Origin: Rhynchobatus australiae
Taxonomy: Eukaryota
Reading direction: 5' to 3'
Assembly (NCBI GenBank): GCA_034780895.1
Contig: JAUZTB010000048.1
Location: 14,457,831 to 14,521,830 of the forward strand
Length of the DNA stretch: 64,000 nucleotides
Part shown: positions 51,150 to 61,844 of the stretch, piece after piece
How positions within the stretch are numbered: position 1 is the stretch's first letter
How the letters are laid out: the number at the start of each line of letters is the position of its first letter
Translations under genes and position numbers: made by a program
The notes under the pieces: model-generated
Databases searched by the model: none
What the model saw: only the letters and a program-made list of their open reading frames with translations
Told to the model about the DNA's origin: nothing

Positions 51150-53251
51150 CAAGATGGGACTGGTCAATAAATCTTTATTCAAGACAGAGCACCGTTATAC
51201 AGCAATACCTTCAGTTGTTTCAAAATAAAACTAAATTCACCCAGTACAATAATGGGAAATGATGACTCCCACTATCCCTAAAGTCTATTAAGTGAGACTT
51301 AATTTTGGGAAAATGAGATGAACACTGAGCTTTAATAGAATCCTAAACAGTGATCAGTAAATTAAGGCTTTTTTTTAAAAAAAATAAAAGGAAGCGCAAA
51401 ATATATATTTAAAAAAAATCAGGTAGATAGAACACCAACATTACAGTTAGTAGGCTCCTCCCAAAAAAATGTGTTCATCCAGTCCAAGCATTTTCAATTA
51501 AAAACTCTATTCCCCTTCAGGACACCAATTTTGCTCATTTTAAAAATATTCAAACGTGCTCAGCTTTACATTTCCAGTGAAGAGCTTTTTCTCTTGCTTG
51601 TAATCGTTGAACCTCACAACCCCTTGTGACATATTGCTTCAATTCCTGAACCATTACACAGTAATAATCCAATGTGTCACCTGGGTGAAGGGAAGGCCCA
51701 AAGAGCCCATAACTTGGATACAATTAGCCGATTTCATCCGAGAGTCTAGAAGCTGGAATAATTAGCTTTGTGAGGAAAATGTCACGACATTGCATTCGAT
51801 TGCGTAGTTTTACTGATGATCCCTGATAATTATTTATAATTTCAGCTAGGCCATGAGGGAAGTTGAGGGTTCATTTTCCTACACCATCATAATGAACTGA
51901 TTTTGATCATAGAGATAATCCAGTGGAAACATGATCCGAAACTGAGTTGGGCTAAAGAAACCACATATGTATACTCAAACCACGAAGTTAATATGAAATC
52001 AAACTTCATTTAAAACTAAATTTCTACATTGATATTTTGTAAAGTTATGTGCAAAATAACTTTGAACATTTGATGCAATGATTAGGATTTTTGTTGCACT
52101 GTTAAATGCGATTTTTGAGGAACTCCCATGTTCCATCTCAACACAATGCATTTTGGTTTGTCTACCCGGTTCACGTGCATTTTTGCCAATTGATAATCAG
52201 ATGCTCAGTTTTATTTCCAAAGCGCAGTACAACCAGGAATTGTATTTGGCCGGGCCTCTTTATATACTCATGTAGCCCTTAACTGATTTTGATGCAATCT
52301 AACCAAGCTAAAAATTTAGTAGTATCACACCCAAATGTAAAGGGAATCAAACAAATGTTAAGTATTGCTTGCCACAGCTGTGCTACCCAAGACTAAATAG
52401 TATACAAAAAGAGTTGGAAGACTGAAGCTTGAAGCATTACCACAGGTCATAGAATTTATTGCTCATTTTTCCAATGTAGAAGAAAAAGCTCAGTAAGAGT
52501 TACATGATTTCCCAGAAATATTAAACTTCAGGTACCAAAAATCTGTTCTCTGCTTGAAGAATCTTTCAACAACAAAAAAAAAGAGCCTATCATTCCAGAA
52601 ATGATGGCCCACACTTATTAGTGCCAAACAATCAATATAGTTATTGCAAAAACAGAAACACTTAACAATTTTAATTAGAAATGGTACAATTTCAAGTTCA
52701 GAATCAAAATGGAATACAAAGCAATTTTATATATATTTATAAAGTCTCTGATTACATTTTAAGGTATGAACAAAAAAAAATGCAATCCAGAATGAATGGA
52801 ATAGTAGTGTTCTATACATATACAAATCACAGCTTATTTGATGTGGATCCTGTACTTCAAATATGATCAGATTTCAGTGGACCAGCTGACACCCCTTTTA
52901 AACATTTTGATGCAGGTGTATTCCATTCACAGCTTTCAATAGATCTAAGGTTAAGAACATACAAAACTGTTAGAAAACAGTGGCCAATCACAACTTCAAA
53001 ACACAACCCAAAAACTCCAGGAGATTCAAGATTTCATGCATTAAAGTTAGTAGCACATAAACGGCCACTTCAGCAGCATAATGTACTAAATATATTTGAG
53101 GAATGAAATTTAGAAAAAGGATATTTTTGAAAAATTGAACCACCTCTGCCACCTTCAATTGTTTGCTCCCCTTCTTCTCTTGTGTACCTTCCTTTGAAAA
53201 TGCACAACTGTCAATGGATAAAGCAATAAGCATGGAATGGGAGTGAACTGC
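51150..53251 (-). other. ZNF217: Putative ZNF217 non-coding terminal exon (3' UTR)
   Basis: Candidate acceptor ctcttgcag ending at 53252; AU-rich and free of recognisable TEs; minus-strand AATAAA at 52215-52210 and 51179-51174; miR-19 8mer TTTGCACA at 52055-52048. Both boundaries are inferred. Confidence 0.55.
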
Positions 53252-53389
53252 CTGCAAGAGCATTTCCAGTGTTTTTGTTTTAAAGATTGTAGTGTGAATA
53301 AGTCATTCCAGCCTCAATGACATTGGCACTAAATTACCTCTCAATGCAGGGACAATTTGGGATAAATGAAAAGCTGCCCCTGCTATCGA

Positions 53390-53720
53390 TTGCTTCATTC
53401 ATTCATGGGATGTGATAAAGACATTGCGCCTTGAGGACATAGCTGGAAAAAGCCCAGCATTTATTGCCCATCACTAATTACTCCTGAAGACTGTAGTGAA
53501 CTCGTGCACTCCTTCTGAAGTTAATCCCTCAGTATTGTTTGGTGAGGAGTTCCAATGACAATGAAAAAGGTACAGCAACACATTCCCAAATCACAGTGGA
53601 ACACAACTTGGAGGAAAACCTGGCAGTGGTGATTCAATACTCCTGCCTTTGTCCTAGTTGATGCTAAAGGTCATGGGTTTGGCAGATGCCATCACAGTAC
53701 CCATTGTGAATATACAAAGT
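53390..53720 (-). mobile_element. Decayed CR1/L2-group LINE 3' end inside the 3'-UTR intron
   Basis: 'attcattcatgggatgtg..ccagcatttattgcccatcactaatt..ttggaggaaaacctggcagtggtg' matches a common elasmobranch LINE antisense terminus (from recall). Confidence 0.65.
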
Positions 53721-53854
53721 GCACCTTAGTTGCTGTGCAAACCATCTACAGGGTCCATTAATGGTGGAAGGATTACATGTCCAGGTCCAGGACATGCCAC
53801 CTACCAAGGTGAGATACCAATTGAGAAAGATGCAAGATCAAGGCTTACTGAAGA

Positions 53855-54030
53855 AAAATGTATTTTGGAAATGGGAAGGACTCAGCAGGTGAGCAACATC
53901 AGGGATGGGGGTGGGGGCAGAGGTTGAGGAAGAAACTCAACATTTCAGGTCGAGATCCCGTATCAGGACTGAGAGTGGAGAAGATAGCCAGTATAAAGAG
54001 GAGAGGAGGAAGGGTGAGACCGGTGGGGGA
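53855..54030 (-). mobile_element. Penelope-like terminal fragment
   Basis: 'actcagcaggtgagcaacatc..aacatttcaggtcgagatcccgtatcaggactgagag'; decayed hammerhead-like core on the minus strand at 53941-53970. Confidence 0.65.
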
Positions 54031-54094
54031 GTTATTGTTTAATCCTTTTGCAACAACTGCTGTCTTCTTTGCAATTACCTTCTACTGATGGGCT

Positions 54095-54201
54095 TCATTG
54101 GGTCATGTACTCTTTGTCTAAAGATCCACCGAGAGTGTGATTAATGCTCCGTTTTTGTGACATACTGTTAGAATGTTGTAGATATTGGAGCGGCCTCTTC
54201 C
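54095..54201 (-). CDS. ZNF217: ZNF217 last coding exon
   Basis: (G)KRPLQYLQHSNSMSQKRSINHTLGGSLDKEYMTQ* is similar to the human C-terminus GKRPVSYQHLSNSMAQKR. The phase-1 acceptor tgtataaag matches the phase-1 donor at 58143. The exon continues to an AG|gtaatt donor after 54079. Confidence 0.88.
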
Positions 54202-57200
54202 CTTTATACAATGTAAAATAAAACAGAAATTGGTTAAAAGCAGATAAATTTGCTGTCCTTTGCCATGTATTCAAATTAAAACTGGTCATCATACACACTT
54301 AATGGGATAAAATGTCAAGTTATGATACAATTGACCAAAGTTTAATTTGCTTTTTGAATCTGGTTCTTTCCCTTTCTCCACCCAACTAAAAAATACAAAC
54401 ACAAGATTACTTATAATACAAGACCTACATTTCAAAATACATGTTGCACATGATACACTTATTAAAAGACAAAATATTCTATACAAATCCAAGTCTCTGG
54501 GGAAAAAAACAAAACAAAACATGAATCACCTGAATGNNNNNNNNNNNNNNNNNNNNNNNNNNNNNNNNNNNNNNNNNNNNNNNTCTCTGTTACAAGATCA
54601 TGGATTCACACTTCATTCAAGACTTGCCACCTAATCAAGATTAATTTTTCAAGTGTCCATGGAGGACAGTGCACAGTGAAATAAAAAAGTTACCCTTTAA
54701 AATGCGCTTACTGGTCTAATTGGCATTGTTTAAAAAACAAAAATGCAAGATATACAACTGACTGAGGAAATTATACACCACATTATCTGGAAGCAATCTA
54801 CATTCACACAATAGCTCCAGGTTTAACACTAAGGCTTGAAGGTAGCCGACCTCAACTAAAATGATATCACCTGGTTAGGAAGGCCAAGGGAGTAAAACAA
54901 ATTAACATCTTGTGATCTTCATATAGGGATAAAGAATAATGAATCTAATTCAAGACCAGTCTTCATCAAGAACCCCCAGGTCTGGAATGAATCAGTGGAC
55001 ACTCAGTACCTAGGCTGGGCCAAATATCGCAAACAGGCTGTGGTGCCCTGCCAGTTCCTACAAAACAATATTTTAAGGTTTCATTCTTTACAAGTCCTAT
55101 ATGAAGTTTACTCTCAGGTTTGATGGCCAAGNNNNNNNNNNNNNNNNNNNNNNNNNNNNNNNNNNNNNNNNNNNNNNNNNNNNNNNNNNNNNNNNNNNNN
55201 NNNAGCTATTAGACCATAGGAAGCATCTGGATACTGGACCATATGGGTCCATTAGGTCATCGACCAAGTATCACCCTCATACATTTCCAGCAGAATTGCT
55301 GGCTACAACCTACCAACCCTTTCTTCATTAGGGCATCCAGCCAACCTTCTCTGATGGTGCCTTTTCCATATGTATATAAAAAAAGGATGCAAATTATATT
55401 TTTTTGTAAGACATGAAGAGATGTTTTACTTGTATATTAATACAAGAACCAAGACCAAGGTTCTAGGGCTATCCTCATTTTAACAACCTAACACCTAATT
55501 AATTGACATAATTCTGGATATAGTGTTTATTTAAATATTCAAAACCTCTGCTGATAGCTGCCACAATGTCAACTTCATTCTAAGGGATACAGCTCCTGCC
55601 AAAGTTATACTTTTGTTTTAAAAAAAAGTACATATGGGAACAAAGTTGTAAATCACAAAACTTTTTTTTTGACCAAGAACCAAGAAAATGGGCTCATCTA
55701 ACTGACATTGAAGCAAATGTGGTCCCTCAAGTTCACTAATCTAAATGAGGGGAGTTGGAGAACCACATTTCATTTGGCCAGAGTTTTTGGACGGAAGGAG
55801 AGGAAAACCATTTACCCCTCTACCCCACTTGTACTCTGTAATTCCATCTTAAACTCAGGGGAGGCAAGGGTGAGATTAGTTTGTGCTTCCTTCAAACCTC
55901 CCACAAATATTTACCGTATAGCATAATACTTATTCCAAATGGCCATTTTTGATATTTCATAAAGCTGCAAGAATCTTGGAACAGTAACATGGAGGAGTGT
56001 CTGGCTTCAACATAGCCACAACTAGTTAGTGGAAGCATTAATCATTGCTATGCTGTTCAACACAAAATTAATGTTCTTTTGTGAAACAGGACAGATTAAA
56101 AGTACCTTCTTCTGGAACACTGACAAAATGAGTCTTTTAAAAAGGTCTTAACTTTTTTTAAAAATGGGCATGAATCTTGCAAAATATTAAATTATTGAAA
56201 ATAAGCAGTAAAATCAGTCACTCTATTTGATAAAAAGGAGCATTTGTTTCGATACCTAACACTACCTTTTTCCAGCACAAAAGCAGAAATCAAGCAAGTT
56301 TTTTTTTTAAAAAGGAACTGAGCCTGTTCAAAAGCTCTGAGTTACTATACAGCCTTTCAAATTCAAACAACTTTCTCAGAATGAAGACTCAAGGGGGATT
56401 AATCAGTCCTTAGCTGTTGGATACGAAAACACTTGCACTAAATTTCTGACGTTATGCAAACAGTTTTCCCATCACAATCTCCTAAAGCTGATGCACTGTA
56501 CATAATAAACACATCAGCAGAGCCATATCCAACCAACAGTACTGTATCCTTAAAGTATACCAACTGGCTAGCTGGAAGATGTGAACAGTTGCTGTGCAAC
56601 AATAATCAGTTTTTCATACCCTTCGCTGACAAATCTCAATGCCCTGTATGTGTCCCAAGTTGCATTATGACCAGAAAACAGCAGGGGAAAATGATCATGT
56701 TAAAATTCAGGACAGGAAGATGTCATTAGCATTTCTGATATGCCAGGGCCCTTCTCTGGCTACTATGAGCCTCGGCATGACTACTTGACAGCCTTCATTG
56801 TCATCAGTGCTGACAATCCCTGCAAAGTGCAAGGCAGCAAGTATGAATAAATTGCATTAAATTAAAAGCCACAAGCTTGATAAATCTCTACAGTAGTATC
56901 ATACTCTTGTCAGGCATGATCCTTTCCGAGCAGCTGGCATTATTTTTCAGACATCAACCAGCTTCATCAACCAGCAAGTCAGGCAAAATGGAATGTCGCC
57001 ACCTTGATAGGGGCAACTGATGCAAAAATAACAGGAAATGAGTGGCACCAGAACTTTCCTGTCTCCTCTGGGCAAAAAAAAATCAGTATGATGAACAAGC
57101 AGTGATTGGAAACATCATGGGCTAATCAAGTTTGCTGAGTGTAATGCATTTCCCATGTCACTCCTGATCTTTCATCCAACACAATACTCAGCCCCAGAGA

Positions 57201-58143
57201 ATGCTGTCACAGACCAACAAGGCCTATTTTGTAATTCAAAGTGCTCACAGATACTTTGGGCTTGAAGACATGCAGCGTTTCCTACTGCCTGCGTTAGCAA
57301 GTGTAAACTGAAAGTTGGATCAGTGACACTTCTCATTCAATATCTATTTCTAATGGAAATGGTGTTAAAAGATTTAGCAGGGTAATTAGTCCTCAGGGTT
57401 GCAATTTACCAGTTTCCAGTCCTCTAACACTGACAGGACACAAATTTAATCTGAAGATTGATGCTGCAGATTTAATACGATTCTTCATTTAATCCATCAC
57501 ATTTGCAAAGTCAATAATTGACTCAACAACTAAAGATCAGCAGTTTGTAGACAAGTTCAGAGACAATCATAATGAAGTTGCTGGCCCAAAGCAGATGGCA
57601 TTGTCAGCCATTTAGCCCATGTGAACACAGATTTGTTCTACGTACATTCATTTAGATACTTGTTCATATGAATCAAAAAGGTGGTGATATTTTACTAAAG
57701 CCTCTAACAAAATAATCACAAATAAGTATTCTGTACAAAACTGGTGACAAACATTTGATTTTCTTTGAAGTCAAGCTAGTTTTCTGAACTTCAACTTGGC
57801 TTCTGGGAACTTAGTTTACTTTTGGCGTGGGAGGGAAAGGGGAAGTGGGATTACAGAGAAAAAAAGAAAAATGTTGGAAATAACAACTAGTTTACCAGGC
57901 AACATCCAAAAGATAAAAATAAAATTTAAACATCAATGTTCTTTGAGGGTATAAATGAACATCTAGATCTCGTTAATTAAGCAACACTTGAACCCTTTTC
58001 TTGGTTCCCTTGAATCAAATCCTCAGATTCCAATTTTAAAAAATGTAAACATTCAACCTTCAGAAACCATTTTTAAAAGTCTTCATACAGCATTGATCAC
58101 ACTTTTAAAAAAATGTTTAAAGCAAGATGTAAACCATTCCTAC

Positions 58144-58953
58144 CTTCTTGAGCAATATTGGGATCTCTACTGTTACTGGGTCCACAAGTGCTGTACAGTG
58201 AAGCAAGATCTTGTGGGTTGTAGGAATTCAAAATTTTCAATACATTCCAATGAGAATCAATTCCATTTGAATCCAAGGCTGATCCTGGCTTAGTTGATAC
58301 CCCTGTGCCTCTTGCCTGAATCGGTGACATCTCCTGAGATAATTTTATATTTCTTCCTTGGATACTCCTCCTTATTCCAAATGAAAGCTGATCATTTCTT
58401 AAAGGACTATTTATTTTCATTCTTTTAGCTGTAGGCTCATGCGAGTCCAAACCTCCCTGATTCTCAGACACATTAGTAAGACACATTTTGCTAACATTTG
58501 GAGCCCAATGACCATCATATCTAAACAAAGGTCCCCTGGGTCCTTCAGATTCATAGTCCAATTTCGTACCAGATTTTTCAGACACATTTCTCTTGCTGGT
58601 ACCAGCTTCTGAAGATCCATTTCTCTCTGTTTTTTGCACCACCTCTTGCATTTGTCTAGTTTCAGAATGTACAGATCCATAGCTTTCAAGATGTACATTA
58701 GGATTCTGGGTCACCTTGAATGCTTTGAAGTCACCAGAAGATCTAGAATCTGCAGTAGAAGGAATGATATTATTGCACAGAGACTGGTGTGAGGAAGATG
58801 GTAATTTTGCCTTTCCAGGTAGCAAGTCCGAAGCATCTGGTGGAGCTGCTGGTAGTGGTGACTTGGTCCGACGAGAAAACTTTTTGCTCATTTCTTTGGT
58901 GGCAAGCAAAGAAGAAACATCTTGACCTAATCGTGCAGGAGGGCATCCAGTGC
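58144..58953 (-). CDS. ZNF217: ZNF217 large exon, 3' part (CtBP RRT-motif remnant and low-complexity C-terminal region)
   Basis: Open frame from the gap edge: TGCPPARLGQDVSSLLATKE...NIAQE (human RRTGCPPALLGKDV); donor G|gtagga at 58143. Confidence 0.9.
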
Positions 58954-59476
58954 NNNNNNNNNNNNNNNNNNNNNNNNNNNNNNNNNNNNNNNNNNNNNNN
59001 NNNNNNNNNNNNNNNNNNNNNNNNNNNNNNNNNNNNNNNNNNNNNNNNNNNNNTCAGTTTAACTCCAACTCCACATTAATTTGAATCCAAAATATTTTAG
59101 TTGGAGAACTACAAATCTGGAACTAGGAACCAGAAATCAGTGTGAGTCTGTCAGTAAGTATATTGTCCTGTGGAAGGATCTGCCTTGATCCTACAGCTTT
59201 AGTGTCTTCTTAGACATTGCACTGTGAGGCAAGTTTGTTTGTGGTTTAATCGATGACTGAATTCATTGAAGTTGTTAAAAAAACATGTCCATGTTTTGTA
59301 CTGTTTCCATTCTTGGTGTGCATAATCTTTTCTAAACCTAGCACCAAAACAGAAATGACCAAAGAAAGCCATATAGCTGGGACATCCTAGTTCAAATAAA
59401 GCATTGTTATAATTCACATGCTTTAAGAGATGTCAAAACTCAACTTGTGTGCTTCACATACTTTTCTGGTTGTTAG

Positions 59477-60366
59477 TCAGGCAACATCATTTATTGGACT
59501 TGGATCAGGATTATACTTGTGTACCAACCTTTGGTGCATCACTAAGACCTCTGGGTAAAAAGTTCTGTAGGTACAAAATGGGCACATGTTGCTCAGTAAG
59601 GCACTCTTGGAAAATGAGGTAGATGCATTTCCCTGAGGACTACCACCGCTGCACAGACTTTGCTGATAAATTGCGGTACAAAGATTCAAAGGCTTTTCCG
59701 ATAAGTTGGATTCATATTTATCACAGTAGTCCTCCATGTTACCTCTAGCACTAATGTAGCATTGGTCATTTATTGAACTTGGTTCCACCTTCATACTTCT
59801 AGCATTATTCTGTTGTGTATTATTTTCTGCCAGTCCTTCCATTAAACATTCCTCCGAAACCTTGGAATCATCTAGTTCAGTAGCAACCTTTGCATCGGAG
59901 TCACTTCTCTGCAACTCACCCACTAGCTTTTCATCCTTCAATTTCTCACCAGGTGGAACAGGCAACAGTGCATTGCAGAAGATCCGCCGATTGTGATGGA
60001 AATTTGTACTTTTGTTCAGATCTGGGTATTCCCTACTCACATTTGAAAACTCTGCATTTTGAAAAATTGGACTAGTAGATGAATGAATCCGTTTCTGTTT
60101 CCCCCGAGGAAAGTCTGCATCTAAATCTTTGGCACTGCCCAAAGAATCTGTAAAAAACCGCTTGGATTCTGTAGATTCCTGAACAGGTTCATCATTTTCT
60201 TTTGGTGCTACTTCTAATTTTGGAGATGCCAATGAATTCTTCAGAGGATCACTCCTTTCTTCCGTCCTTTTCTGCTCACCCTTGTGATGCCGTTCCAAGT
60301 GATACTTCAGTGAGGTTTTTTGAGCTGCAGCATAGTCACAGAGAGGACATCTATGGGGTTTTTCAC
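59477..60366 (-). CDS. ZNF217: ZNF217 large exon, 5' part (two C2H2 fingers and a PLNL motif)
   Basis: Acceptor tttttgtttcag; GEKPHRCPLCDYAAAQKTSLKYHLERHHK, EKPLNLC and CPFCTYRTFYPEVLVMHQRLVHKYNPD are ZNF217 signatures. The 3' boundary is uncertain (see findings). Confidence 0.93.
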
Positions 60367-60524
60367 CTGAAACAAAAATAAGTGCATTTTACTTGTTTTA
60401 AGTATGCCATAATATTAGGATAGACCAATTTTTTTTACACCACAATAATCAAACCTAAAAACAAAATTCCATTAGCCAGACCATCATACAAGTAACTGAA
60501 CAATCAGTCCCGGTAACTGATACA

Positions 60525-60822
60525 CATAGTATGGTATTGTAGCAGTCAGCATAATGCTATTACAGCGCCAGCTACCTGGGTTCGATTCCCGCTGTCATGT
60601 CTGTAAGGAGTTTGTACGTTCTCCCCGTGTCTGCGTAGGTTTCCTCCAGGTGCTCCAAGTTTCCTCCCACATTTCAAAGACATATGGGTTAGGAAGTTGT
60701 GGGCATGCTATGGTGGTGCCAGAAGTGTGGTGACATTTGTGAGCTGCTCCCAGAACACTCGACGCAAAAAGATGCATTTCACTGTGTGTACTGATGTACG
60801 TGACTAATAAAGAGATCTTATC
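60525..60822 (+). mobile_element. Full-length V-SINE-type element in a ZNF217 intron
   Basis: B-box GGTTCGATTCC near 60580; same subfamily as 6063-6355; ends gactaataaagagatcttatc. Confidence 0.9.
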
Positions 60823-61443
60823 CTATTTTGGTCTTTAGAATTGAGAATTATATGCCATCCACAAAAAGAGACAAGGGGAGAGAAAATGATCTAGTGACAA
60901 ATTTATGAAGCAGCAAAAGATAGACCACCAGTTAAGAAGTTTCATTGCTTGCAGTTTGTTTTTAATGATTGGGAGAAAGGACAGAAACCAATAGGTTATA
61001 AAAATCTGTGTTTTCCTTTTTAAAAGAACAGCTATGCATAAGTGAATCAAGAATCATGAATGACTGCTCTGGCACCCTCCACAGATCAGGTTTCACATCT
61101 ACCTGGTCATACTTAAGGAAATTGGGGTGGATGTAAAAGCCTACCAAGTTCACAACATTGGGACACTGCCTCTCAGCAGAGGTGGCAAAATGCTTACAGG
61201 AGCAGTCAACAGATTCAAGTACACAAGAGCTTCTGGGATCAGATACCCTCAGTGAGCAATTTCAGGTCCTTAAAATGGCAGAAGTGCTATATTTCAGTTT
61301 AGTTTGATGCATCAGGCACATTTAAAGAACTGGGTCAATTAGATGATCAGGATGGGCGAGGTATTTTGAAAGGGTTCTCACAATACAAAAACAGCAAGTT
61401 GGAGATGAATACTTACATGCTTCTGTGCCCCAAAATGAATATA

Positions 61444-61844
61444 CAGTAAAACTCTGATAATCCAGCACTCCTGCAATTTTAGTAGTGCCTGACTAGCAGA
61501 TTTTCTAGGTTACTGGATATTGATATTAATATCCAAGCAACTTATTTCCTTTCTTTAAAAAAAGGAAAACAAACAAGTTATACATTACCATTATTTTTTT
61601 TAAGCAAACCTGGTAAGACTAAGAGGGGGCCAGATATATATGAGCACTCCAGATCCTGGCTCCAACTGCAAACCTACCCAAGCTCCTGACCCTTGGTGCT
61701 CCAGATCCTACCCTGGCTCCATTTGCACACCCTGTTTGCAACCCCAGCTCATACACTAATGAGACAAGTGAGCCAGATACTGGGTCTGCAGGATTTCTGA
61801 ACAATGCCGATGTCCTTTAACAATGAACAATTGAAGTTTTACTG
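61444..61844. mobile_element. Tc1/mariner (Tigger/pogo-like) MITE
   Basis: Terminal inverted repeats CAGTAAAACT (61444-61453) and AGTTTTACTG (61835-61844), preceded by TA and followed by CA; internal ctccagatcct repeats; no ORF. Confidence 0.65.

Noticed and set aside
58097-58143. ORF-track C-terminus GRNGLHLALNIFLKV* as the true end of ZNF217
   Set aside because: It is read-through into the intron; a phase-compatible, homologous last coding exon exists at 54201-54095.
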